A stretch of DNA of 63,442 bases, counting the filler, from Octopus bimaculoides (lineage: Eukaryota), in the NCBI RefSeq assembly GCF_001194135.2. It is 6 parts of 5 records of this genome, joined end to end, with 100 filler letters (N's around TTAATTAATTAA, not from the genome) between each part and the next. Parts side by side here need not be neighbours in the genome. Positions count along the whole stretch, not along the records: positions 1 to 22,550 come from NC_068993.1; 5 more parts are not named here. One strand, given 5' to 3'. A program made the position numbers and the translations under genes. Below, in pieces: positions 1 to 11,562 of the stretch; within the stretch, counting starts at the first letter, position 1, and each line of letters opens with the position of its first letter. Under the pieces are notes generated by a model. It saw only the letters and a program-made list of their open reading frames with translations. It searched no databases and had not been told where the DNA came from.

Positions 1-70
<70 letters not shown>
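1..70. repeat. (GT)n microsatellite
   Basis: Pure GT dinucleotide run at the window start. Confidence 0.98.
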
Positions 71-72
<2 letters not shown>

Positions 73-1007
73 ATATATATAATGATAATAATAATATTTT
101 GGACTAATAGGTATAAGTCGATTCATGTGTTTAAGTGTTGGGTAGACCACTAGCAAAGCCTAGGCTACCTTTTATCATCCGCAGTCGTGGTATATTTCCG
201 ATGGATCTACTTCAGGAACTCCGCAGTGTCATTTGGGATAATTATATTAATTAAGTAACGATGGAAGCTGTGCAGCTATTAAATCAAGAATTCCCGAGTT
301 ATAACAGTCGTTGTGAATTTACAATCTGTAATACGTTTTCGATATAACTATGTTATCAAGCTGTAACATAAATGTGAGGATATATGGTCATGAAAGTTTT
401 TTGACAAATTTTGAAGACAAGTGGAAATCAAGAAAACAGAAAAATGACAGATATAAATGAAAACGTCTGAGAGAGGGTTTCAAGGCGTTGAGTTTACTGC
501 TCGTGAGTGTCTGCTCAAATGGACTGTTTTTGAAAAATATGTATGTATTGAAGAAGTAAAAATGAAACCAAGTAGCGAAAAGTAATGAATGAAATATAGA
601 AAAAAAACCAAGGAAATGAAGGTAAAGAAATGGAAAAGATTATCTTATAAAATGATTACTAAAAATCGTTAATGCAGTGAAACATTAGAAACTAATGGAT
701 GAAACGGGAATATTTGCAATGAGATATCTTTGATTATATGAATATACACATACACACACATACGTACGCATACAGACACACACACGCATACACACGCGTG
801 CACGAGCACACACACACATAAATTCCAGTACCTTGCATAGTAAGACTGATATTTAATGTTATAGTTCAAAAACATATAATCCACGCAAGAAATCCATCTA
901 CATAACGCTGATAGAATGAGTTAGAATGTATTTTCGTAGAACAAAACAGAAAACAAAGATATCAGTACAACGTAAGTTTAGTACCGTTAACAATTGTTTC
1001 AGTATGA

Positions 1008-1096
1008 AAATTGCGTATAAATAATTATGTGTGATAAATTGTGTATAAATAATTATGTATGATAAATTGTGTATAAATAATTATATGCGATAAATT
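1008..1096. repeat. 28-bp minisatellite, about 3 copies
   Basis: Unit AAATTG(C/T)GTATAAATAATTAT(G/A)T(G/A)(T/C)GAT repeated at 1008, 1036 and 1064. Confidence 0.9.
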
Positions 1097-1257
1097 ACAC
1101 AAAATATTTATAGAATATTCGTGCTTGAAATAGGGCCAAGTAATCTTCTTCAGACCCTTATTAAACAGTTTTCATACGCGATATGCAGAAACGGTATTTC
1201 TTGTTGCTTATACAAACAGGAAAACAAGAATAATAAAAACTATTAAAACTTTCGACT

Positions 1258-1450
1258 ATAGGCACAAGGCCTAAAATTTCAAGAAAGTGGGGTAGTCGAT
1301 TACAGCGACTCCAGTACTCGACTGGAATTTCTTTCATCAACCCCTAAAGTTTGAAAGGCAAAATTGACTGTGGTGAAATTTGAACTCAGAACGTAAAGAT
1401 GGACGCAATGCTGCAAAGTATTTTATCCTGTGTGCAAACGCTTAAATCGG
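1258..1450 (-). mobile_element. tRNA-derived SINE family A, diverged copy
   Basis: Collinear with copies at 41200-41413 and 49158-49367 (GGCACAAGGCC...AAGGCAAA...GAATTTGAACTCAGAACGTAAAG). Confidence 0.8.
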
Positions 1451-3039
1451 TTTTTGTTCTCAGTAAAACAGACTGATAGAAATTTACTTTGTGTAAACCT
1501 AACAATAAATACGTTATTACTTAAAAAATAATTGTACCAAGCAACTAATGCTCGAAGCAAGGACATTGTGCCGCCAGCTCAAATAATGAAATGAAGAGAA
1601 AAGTTGAGCCAGTAGAAAATAAGTTTAGGCATTCGCTTGATAGTCCGGTAACAGTACACTGTCTCTGCATATTTTGCATCCCAAAGGAAAGTAACTCTTG
1701 ATTTACTTTAAATTGAAGTCAAAATACTGAATGCACGTTCATAATCAGATCTCCAACAGACTGTAATCATTTTGCGCTTTGCTAAAACTTTAGTTTTTCA
1801 ATTTATCTTCCAGCACATCCCACGTAATATTGAATTTGCATTCGATTATTTTCCTTGTTTTCTTTCCGTATACATATCACCATAACACACACACACATAC
1901 ACACATATTTTTGTATGTATACGTATTTCATTTTCCCTTCCTTCGTTTTCGTTGTATACTATTCGAGCTTTATTTGAGAACATATTCTCTCTATTGAGTT
2001 TTGACTTCGGTTTACTTTTTCTCTACTTTTTCTCCAAATAATTTATTAATCTACATAAGGATTTTCAACTTTTTTCAAATATCATAAATTCTTTCTATCA
2101 ATTATAATTTCCTCTATTTCTTGTATTATAACTATTGTTTCCTAAACCGCTGTCAATCATAAGTAATGGAGTATTGTTTTAATTTTCACACACCTTGCTA
2201 TGTTTGATCTTCTTGTCTCCTGATCGATATTTTTCCAAATATAGCTTGGTTTCCCTTATCATTTTTTTCCTTTTCTGTCCTTTCTTTCATTTTGCCTTCT
2301 CAATGATAGCTATTATTGTTACAGTTATGTTACTGTTTATTTCTCTCTATATAAGCTCTCTATAATGTTATAGTACATTTAATCGTTAATAAAATAAAAT
2401 CCCTAGATTGAAACACCAAAATTGCTGTCAAGTAGTACATCGTTAATAAAAGAAATTTAATCGCATACGCATACATACAAGCAAACGCATATCTGTGAAT
2501 CGTAAACTATATAATTATGAAAAAACTGAACTGATATTATTCATTGAATTTATTTATTCTTTATATTACAGAATTAATGTCATTTATCGGACATCGCTGA
2601 TACTCAGTAAACTAAAGTGACAAAAATTCTCAGTAAAATAAATCAATGAAAATATTGTTTCGGAGATTAAACTCTGATTAATCCACGATAGATAAATAAA
2701 ATGAACAAACGAAACAGATAAATAAAATAAATAAATGAAATTTATAAATAAAAATTATGATTGAGATACATGAATATTTAAATGATTTTATATTCCAGCT
2801 TTATATACACAAGTGGTGGCATCCCAAGTTCGAAGTAAGTTAATTTTTTTCTTCTTTATCTTCATCTTCTGCCCCATCTTGTGCTTTTCTTTTTCGTAAC
2901 TCGAGCAAAGTGAAATGAGGTGTTTTACTTAAAAACACAACGCATCACCCTCTCCAGGAATCGAAACCAAAATTTTTCTATCATAATTACTCGTTATTTC
3001 GCACCATTCGGCAGAGATATCAGATCTGGGAACCTTTCC

Positions 3040-3497
3040 ATATGGTCAGGCTTTATATGAGGAAAGACCTCTAGTGTGATTCCAAACCAGTTCTCTCACT
3101 TCGTTCTCACCATAACTAATAAAGTTTCACTCTTTTCCAACACAATGCATACTAATATCTACCAGAGATCTAGCCATGCTGGGACTCCCAGTAATGTTGC
3201 CTTTACAGCCTTTCTTTCTGAATATGCGGAGAAGAGAGAAACGACCACTGAATGTTGCACTTCAATGTTTTCAGCCTTAAATAGGTCCTTGATCCGCTAA
3301 GCTGCCTTGTCTTTGATGTATGTTTGATGGCCTTCCGTGCGTCATGAAGGACATTTTCTACTTGAGCGTTAACAGCTGTCTACAGCTGACGCAGCAATAT
3401 ATAAGGGACTTTGTAACACTTTGCGGCTAGAGCTTCAGTAGAGGGCGTAAACTCTACCCTTCTCATCTCAATTTTCCTAAATCTAGTAGAATGGTGT
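3040..3497 (-). mobile_element. Degraded Tx1-type LINE ORF1 fragment
   Basis: Minus-strand translation AYSERKAVKATLLGVPAWLDLW*ILVCIV...ENWFGITLEVFPHIKPDHMERFPDLI resembles ORF1 of the element at 11563-17185 (TYHSERTTRIRVNGVPPGVNVWRIVACV); stops and frameshifts present. Confidence 0.55.
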
Positions 3498-3564
3498 AAT
3501 TTCACTCTTTCACCTATAAATTTCACTCTTTTACCTATAAATTTCACTCTTTTACTTATAAATT
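3498..3564. repeat. 21-bp tandem repeat, 3 copies
   Basis: AATTTCACTCTTT(C/T)AC(C/T)TATA x3. Confidence 0.92.
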
Positions 3565-3689
3565 CTGGTAGAGATTTCTTCAGCGAAGGAAGCCTTGTTA
3601 TTGTGGTGGTGTTACTGTTGTTGGTGCTGTCGTTCCTATTTCTGTTGCCATTGCTACCTTTGCTACGTTTTCTGATGCAGCTGTTGTTA

Positions 3690-4440
3690 TACTTACCCTA
3701 CGCGCGTAAGCGAAAGCAGGGTATTGTAATTACTCGTCGTCGTCTGTTTGTCTGTGTGTTTGCAAAATTACTGGAAAACGGCTGAACGGATTTTCACCAC
3801 ATTTGGCAGAAATACTTATTGAGTAAGTGGCTCGAAATGATGGACATTAGGTTTGATTATCTTAAAATTTTTTTTTTCTCATCGTACTTACAAATTTCCC
3901 GTGTGTGTGTGCGCGTGTGTACAGTAATAGATTCGAGGGTTTCGTTTATTTACGATTTGATTTCTTAATTTTACCGGAGTATAAATACCTATAATGGTGA
4001 TGACTAAAAAAAAATAATTGAAAAATTTAAAAAATCGAACTTACAAGTTTTCCGATAAGCAAGTGGTTATATTATTTTGTTCATTTTCTTTTTCTTGTGA
4101 ATCGACCCTCGTCTGCGTGTTTATAGACCTTCGTGTATAGACACGTGTGGGTACATACATAAATACATACATCGATATGCGACTCTGTGTGTGTGTGCAC
4201 GTGCGTGTGTGTGCGTGTGTGCGTGTGTGTGTGTGTGTGTGTACACTAATGGATTCAAGAGTTTCGTTTATTTACGAGTTGATTTCTTAATTTCACCGGA
4301 CTATAAATACTAATAATGGTGATACTTAAAAAAAAATTGATCAGTCCAATTAAAAAGCATGGGTAAGCAACGCATTGTTAACCACACTATAATTTGCGAA
4401 AAATTTTATCTGCGCGCAGGGTATGTAACGCCCCTCCGAT
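3690..4440 (+). mobile_element. Non-autonomous Helentron-associated element (HINE/DINE-1-like)
   Basis: 5' subTIR TACCCTACGCGC (3694-3705) with nearby partial inverted copy GCAGGGTA (3716-3723). It is followed by a GTCTGTTTGTCTGTGTGTTTG microsatellite and AAAACGGCTGAACGGATTTTCACCACATTTGG, then two ~120-bp internal direct repeats (~3905-4025, ~4230-4340). 3' subTIR GCGCGCAGGGTA (4412-4423); T-rich flanks. The 3' hairpin is not clear. Confidence 0.75.
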
Positions 4441-4523
4441 TCCTTTTTTCTTTTATTATTAACATTGTTATTTTTGGGTGGCCTTTTTGTTTTTATTGCT
4501 ACTGTCGTTTGCTATCATGGCTG

Positions 4524-5433
4524 TCGAGAAATTATTTTTTTGTAACTAAATACTTTCAAACTTCGGACACTTTTACTCTTAGTGCTGTTGAGAAAATATT
4601 GTATTTTCAAAGTTATTTCGTGTTAAAGTTGTATTTCGGTAATTTCAACCAATCAATGACGTGTATTCAGCTGAATAAAATTACTGCTGTTGTTTGTCAA
4701 CAACAACTTTCGGCGGTGTATATTTGGTTTGTCACTGTTATTTATGACATATTTCATCTCAGTTACGTTTGTGTGAATAAACGAGTGTATCTAAAGTATG
4801 TTTACTTCATGGCACCACCACAATCGTTCGTGCATTTCTACTGCTTTTAGTTGTTTTTTTTCCTGTTTTTCAGCTACTATTTTCGGAAAGACATTTCCCC
4901 CCTCCTCTCCAATTTCTTCATTGTTCACCTTTTTCCGTAACTCTAACCCTAAAATGCCAACCCTAACCCAACCCTAAAACCCCAACCCTAAAACCCCAAC
5001 CCTAAAACCCCAACCCTAAAACCCCAACCCTAACCCTAAAATCTTAACCCTAACCCTAACCTTAACATTAAAACCCTAACCCTAACCTAACCATAAAACC
5101 CTAACCCTAACTTTAAAACCCTAACCCTGACCCTAAAACCATAACCCTAACCCTAAACCAGTACAAACGCACGAACGATGTCATAAATAACAGTGACAAA
5201 CTAAATATACACCACCGATAGTTGTTGTTGACAAACAACAGCAGTAATTTTATTCAGCTGAATACACGTCATTGATTGGTTGAAATTACAGAAACACGAC
5301 AACTTTTAACACGAAATAACTTTTAAAATATAAACTTTCTCAACAACACTAAGCGTAAAATATGTTTTATATGACACATTCTACTAGTGTCCGAAGTTTG
5401 AAAGTGTTTAGTTATAAAAAATTAATTTCTCGA
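4524..5433. mobile_element. Foldback/MITE-like element with ~250-bp inverted arms
   Basis: 4524-4750 plus 4822-4841 is the reverse complement of 5161-5433 (e.g. GTAATTTCAACCAATCAATGACGTGTATTCAGCTGAATAAAATTACTGCTGTTGTTTGTCAACAACAAC). No TSD seen. Confidence 0.8.
4939..5158 (+). repeat. Interstitial telomere-like (CCCTAA) variant array
   Basis: AACCCT/AACCCTAA units including a 14-bp higher-order unit AACCCTAAAACCCC x4. Confidence 0.92.
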
Positions 5434-5884
5434 TGTGCCGTTCAAAGGGAAAAGATCCTTGTGGTGTAATTTTGTGAACTATAAACTTTGAACAATGAAA
5501 ACCCCCTCCTCTATTTCCGCGCCCATTGCTGCTGTTGCTTTTGTTAATGTTATTATTACTACTGTTGTTTGAAATTTGTTCTCCTTTCCTCCCACATGCT
5601 ACACCTGTTTTTACAAATCATATCCCACCACTCCATTTAGTTTACTGACTGTAGACGACGATGACGACGCCTAGTTTATAAAAAGTATAATTTAATAATG
5701 AAATTTGAAAACATTCCTCATAAATTTGAGCTTCGAACGGGCAACAAAGAAAACGCCAACCAGCTCTACGTGTTCTGTTTGATTTTAACGCGTTATATAA
5801 CAAAATTTCAAAAATTAACAACTTCTTAAACATATAAATAGACGAACAAACATACGAGCGACTCAAAGCGACACGTTGCACAAA

Positions 5885-5917
5885 TACTACAACAACAACT
5901 ACTACTACTACTACTAC

Positions 5918-5958
<41 letters not shown>

Positions 5959-5986
5959 CTGATGATGATGATAATAATAATAATAA
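5885..5986. repeat. Compound (CAA)(CTA)n(AAT)n microsatellite at the 3' end of Tx1 copy 1
   Basis: Direct inspection. Confidence 0.93.
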
Positions 5987-8900
5987 ATTTTTCTATTGGC
6001 CACAAGGGCTTACATAAAAACAACATGATGTCACAAAACAGGACGGGTGTTAGAACGTGTAAATAAAATAACGAAGAAAAACAAATAAAACTCCGAATAG
6101 GGAGAGGTGCTTTTAAGACTACTCATGGAAAAATCCACAAAAGCCATTGGGGCTTAACTAACAAGGCAAAAGCCTTTCTCCTTTTATTGTATTCGTCCTA
6201 CATGTGACAATGACTGTTCNNNNNNNNNNNNNNNNNNNNNNNNNNNNNNNNNNNNNNNNNNNNNNNNNNNNNNNNNNNNNNNNNNNNNNNNNNNNNNNNN
6301 NNNNNNNNNNNNNNNNNNNNNNNNNNNNNNNNNNNNNNNNNNNNNNNNNNNNNNNNNNNNNNNNNNNNNNNNNNNNNNNNNNNNNNNNNNNNNNNNNNNN
6401 NNNNNNNNNNNNNNNNNNNNNNNNNNNNNNNNNNNNNNNNNNNNNNNNNNNNNNNNNNNNNNNNNNNNNNNNNNNNNNNNNNNNNNNNNNNNNNNNNNNN
6501 NNNNNNNNNNNNNNNNNNNNNNNNNNNNNNNNNNNNNNNNNNNNNNNNNNNNNNNNNNNNNNNNNNNNNNNNNNNNNNNNNNNNNNNNNNNNNNNNNNNN
6601 NNNNNNNNNNNNNNNNNNNNNNNNNNNNNNNNNNNNNNNNNNNNNNNNNNNNNNNNNNNNNNNNNNNNNNNNNNNNNNNNNNNNNNNNNNNNNNNNNNNN
6701 NNNNNNNNNNNNNNNNNNNNNNNNNNNNNNNNNNNNNNNNNNNNNNNNNNNNNNNNNNNNNNNNNNNNNNNNNNNNNNNNNNNNNNNNNNNNNNNNNNNN
6801 NNNNNNNNNNNNNNNNNNNNNNNNNNNNNNNNNNNNNNNNNNNNNNNNNNNNNNNNNNNNNNNNNNNNNNNNNNNNNNNNNNNNNNNNNNNNNNNNNNNN
6901 NNNNNNNNNNNNNNNNNNNNNNNNNNNNNNNNNNNNNNNNNNNNNNNNNNNNNNNNNNNNNNNNNNNNNNNNNNNNNNNNNNNNNNNNNNNNNNNNNNNN
7001 NNNNNNNNNNNNNNNNNNNNNNNNNNNNNNNNNNNNNNNNNNNNNNNNNNNNNNNNNNNNNNNNNNNNNNNNNNNNNNNNNNNNNNNNNNNNNNNNNNNN
7101 NNNNNNNNNNNNNNNNNNNNNNNNNNNNNNNNNNNNNNNNNNNNNNNNNNNNNNNNNNNNNNNNNNNNNNNNNNNNNNNNNNNNNNNNNNNNNNNNNNNN
7201 NNNNNNNNGTCGTTGGCGTAAGCTGACACGAATCCTCTGCCTTCTAGTTCACGCGGGATGCCCCTCGAAACATCCAACTTCCTCAGTAATGGTTCGAGTG
7301 CCAGTACATACAGAAGAGGTGAGAGTGGAGATCCTCAACGGACCGAACGTGCGATGCTAAACGATCTCGACTGATGGGTATTTACGTTGACCACTGAACA
7401 GATGTTGCTGTACATTGCAGCGATCCAGCATTTGAAAACGGGACCGAAACCAGCCGCCTTAAGGACAGCCGCCTTAAGGACAGCCTCCAAGTACTGATGG
7501 TCGACCCTATCAAAAGCTTTCGATTGATCCAAGTTAATCAGGGCACCACTCATGCCAAGTTCTTTACCAACCCTCTCTATGATGTATCGCGTGAGGTGGA
7601 GGTTGTCGGGGATAGACCTGTTGGGGATAGCGCATGTCTGTCCATCACCCACCAGTCTGTCAACGATAAGCGCCAACCACTTTGCTAACACCTTGGCCAA
7701 AATTTTGTAATCTGCTTTTTGCAGGCCTAAAGTTATCAACAATGTCCTTCTTGTTCGGATCTTTTCTCAGTAGCGTCACCACACCTCGGCTCACAGAGGA
7801 AGTTCCAGATGGAAGTTCTCCCGTTCTGCGGACAGTTGCGGTAGACATCTCCCAAAAGCTCACTGAACAAGTCTGGCATATGAATATAAAACTTGAAGAG
7901 CAGACCATCCAATCCCGGAGACCTCTCCCTTGTGCAACTAACCAACGTGTCATGTATATCTTCAGCTGTTATCGGCATTTTGCAGAGCTCCATATCCCTG
8001 GCCGAAAACTGCGGCATACCATCAAGGCTGGAAGTGAAGTTCACCTCCGCCTCCGGACCACCGTGCAGTTCAGCAAAGTGCTGCTGAAACTCCACACAAT
8101 TCTGCTTGGACTCGTATAGCATGCGCCTGTCCCGACCCCTCAAAGACCGAATTGTAGTCTTATTACTATGTTGCGTCTCGGCCACCCGGGCCCATCGAAC
8201 GGCTTTCTTTCCCTACTGCTTTAGAGCACCTGCCCTAGCTCTGACAATGCAACCTTCATGCTTGGTGTTGAAGAAGCGGTTCAGAACCAATCTCACTGCC
8301 AGCACGTCGGTCGCTATGCCTCTACTGAGTCCCTCTTCTAATTTCCTAACTAGGTCTCTCTCTACTTTAGTCTTCTCTATCGCTAGTTCTCTGCTAAATT
8401 CTCCAGCTTCTACTCGTTTGGGGGCTATCCACCGTCGGTTATTGGCGACTGCACCCGTCAAGCTTCGATGGACTAACTTGTTTAGTTTGTCTCTGAAAGC
8501 TAGACGTGCCGGGAGGGACACGTCCAGCTTTCAGTATCCGGGGGCCTGCCTATAACGCCTATCTTGGTCAACCGTACAGATCACAAATTTGTAGTCTGAA
8601 TAACTGACGAGTTCGAGTTATGGACAACTTATGCTTTCCCTATCTGCTGGCCTAGAAAACACCCTATCAAGATAAGATCTGGATGACCCGACGCTGTTTG
8701 CCCACGTCCACACTGGGGCATCCTGGTAATTCAGTCTGAACCTATGAGTCATTTGGAATCGACTGAGTATGTTTGTGAGGCTTACACCTCCCCCTTTTCT
8801 ATCCGCTAGCCCCACACGTGCATCCAAGAAAGATCTCCAAACGACTGAAGAAATCCGGCTGCCCCGATCCAGTTGGAGCATACACAGCGACCAGCCTAAA

Positions 8901-11502
8901 AGCACTGCCTTCATTATTGTTCACATCCAGGACCACCGACTTACCTTCCGGGTCCAGGAAGACTAACCGTATCTCGAGATCCAGGCCTTTTCTGAACAAC
9001 ACCGCCACCCTACCCCCCCCCCCAATTCCTGGTCGACTAAGAGATGCAAAGATCTCAAAATCATCAAAAATTGGTGCTAAGGTGCGTGTTTCCACGATCT
9101 TGGTCTCGCTGCCAGCTATTACATCCAAATTCAGCTACTTATTGAGCAAGCGACCTTGCTTCCAGGACGACCCCAGGCCACATACAAATGTGCTCTTAGC
9201 ACCGCCATATTGACCAAAGGAAAGAAAGAAAGATGAGGAGTGCTACTTACTTTCCTGATGCTGTAGGAGATCGGGTTGTCCTACCTCCATTTCTTCGTTG
9301 GGCTCCTTTAGGAACCCTTGTAGAAGCCTTGCATTGGCATTTAGTTGTAGAAAGGCATCCCGAATTGTTTGGAAAGTGTCCTAATCCATCCTCACCATCA
9401 TTAAGTCCTTTGGCACGTTGCACGTGCTAGTCCAAGAAGATTTCCTCCAACCTTTTTCAATGTTTTCCCTTCGTGATAAGAATGCCATCAGTTCTTTGTT
9501 GGTCCTCCTTATTAACACAAAGTTAGCTACTTGCGTCGTTGTTTTTAGCAATTCTTGTTGCGTTTGTGGTGTGAGTTTCCTTTTGAGATGTGTTTTTTCT
9601 GTCTGCAATGCGGTTCTTAGTGCTTGTGGTGCTTTAGTTGATGATTGTGGTGCTGCGGGAGTTGTGTGAGTGTCTGTGTTTGTTGTCGGTGTAGTTTATT
9701 TATTATTTTGTTTTGGTGCAGGACAAGATGTCTCACCTCTGCGACTTCTTTTCGCTTTTTTATTTTATTTCTTCTGTCCGCCCTTATCATAACTTTTTAA
9801 TATGGTGGAACCAATGTCTGTCGTAACCTCCGCCTCTCTGTGTGGAAGTGAATTTGTGTTTGTATGTGTATCTTTTTGTGCGTGTTTGTTTGAGAGAGTG
9901 GGGGTTGCTGAGCTTGGTTGCGAGGTGTTTGGTTTTCGTGGCTGATCTCTCCGACGGTTTTCTGCTGATGCTATTGTTACGCCTTCCACCCCCGCCATCA
10001 CTGCTGCTATTTTTGCTGCTTTCCCTGTTGTTGGTGGTAATCTTTCTGCAGCTGGTGCTGTTTTTGTTTTCCTAGTCTTGGTGTTTTGGTGTCATTGGAT
10101 GTCTACGGACCCCTGTACTTATTTACTGAGGTCACGGTGCTTGCAGGTGCGTTGCTTCACCACAAGTGAAGCAATGAGGCCTTCTGCCCTCGGTGATCAA
10201 GGATAATTTCGTCCCGTCCTTGAGGTGGACATGATCTGGGATATTCTCCAAGTCTTGTGGTTTTATTTGGATTAGCATTTCCAAATCCATCTCAATCCGG
10301 TCCTCTCGTTGGACTTTTAAGACGGGGTGTCGTTGTCCTCTGCAATCACGCATCCCACGAACCACCATATGCTGATTGATACCTGGTGTTGTTCTGGGGA
10401 CTCGAAGTTTTATTGTTCTTCTGCCCATGTAGGGTGGGTAGATTATGAGCTGATCAGTTTTACAGGATCCCACCGAATGCTTCATGGCCAGCTCTTCTGT
10501 TTTAAAAAGATGATACCAAAACTTCGGGCCCTTTGAATGAATTCGACATCCTCTCTGATTGATCTCAGTGCCATCTCTACTTGAAGGTGGGAGGGTTGTT
10601 CTGCTCTCCGAGATTGCACCGAGATGCACTTATATTTTTCTGTCCTCCTCGGCTGGGATTGCAAGGTTAGCCCAGGTGTTTTCTCTTTTTATGAGTTTGT
10701 GAGCCTAGGCTAACATCTATTTTTTTGTTGGAGATGTCTATCTCATAGTAATTTTGTTGGCATTTTGCAGCTGCTGCGGCAAAAGTACTTGTTCCGCTCT
10801 CACTGTTAAAGGTGGTGGTGGAATCGTTCACGTTGTTACTGCTATTGTTACTTCCAAATACACCCGCTTCTGTGTTGCTGGTGTTGACGTTGGTATTGGT
10901 TGTGTTCTCATCGGTGTTTTTGTTGTCGTTATTCGTTCTGTTATTGTTTTTTGTTATGCTTCTCTGCTCCGTATTGTTAGAGTTGTTATTTTCTGTGTTA
11001 TTATCAGTTATCATAGTATTTTCCACATCATTTCTGTTTGGAGAGTTGGCAATTACATTTTTGTTGTCTGTTCGACTATCGAGTGATTATGTTCTCCATT
11101 GTGTCGTTTTTCTCTGTCGTATTACTTCTTTGTTCTTTGCGGTTAATTTTATCGCTGTTCATAGGATCGGTGGCGCTTTTGTATTCGTTATCAATTTTGT
11201 CCTCAAAATTGTTACTAGTGTCAGCGAAAATTACATTTCCGTGACTTTTCTTGCTGTCACAAACTGATTTGTTTTGCGTTAGAAAGTTACGCGCCTCCAC
11301 GCCATTTTTGGCTTGCGAACGTGTTAACATTTTGCAAATACTAATATTTGGGCACAAGACTCAAATATTGTATAATTCTTTTTTCTGGGCACAAAGGCCA
11401 TTGTTTTATGCTCCCTTTTAAACAATAATATCAACGAAAACAGTAATTTTGATAACAAAAATACTTAAGCTTCCACCGACGTTCTAGTCTTCCAACCGGA
11501 AG
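5987..11502 (-). mobile_element. Tx1-clade (L1 superclade) non-LTR retrotransposon, copy 1, near full length, decayed
   Basis: ORF1 (~11357-9215) has an Asn/Thr-rich stretch and CCHC knuckle CFTCGEATHLQAP(C). ORF2 from ~9207 has an APE endonuclease (AGSETK, RLVAVYAP, SYLDRVF) and RT (DYKILAKVLA, GQTCAIPNRSI, INLDQSKAFDRVDH, SPLLYVLALEP, SAYAND). Many frameshifts and stops; N gap 6220-7207. Confidence 0.92.
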
Positions 11503-11519
11503 TATAATAATAATAATAG

Positions 11520-11562
<43 letters not shown>
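11503..11562. repeat. (AAT)n microsatellite between Tx1 copies 1 and 2
   Basis: Direct inspection. Confidence 0.95.

Noticed and set aside
4939-5158. True chromosome end
   Set aside because: The array is short, degenerate, internal and enclosed by inverted arms.
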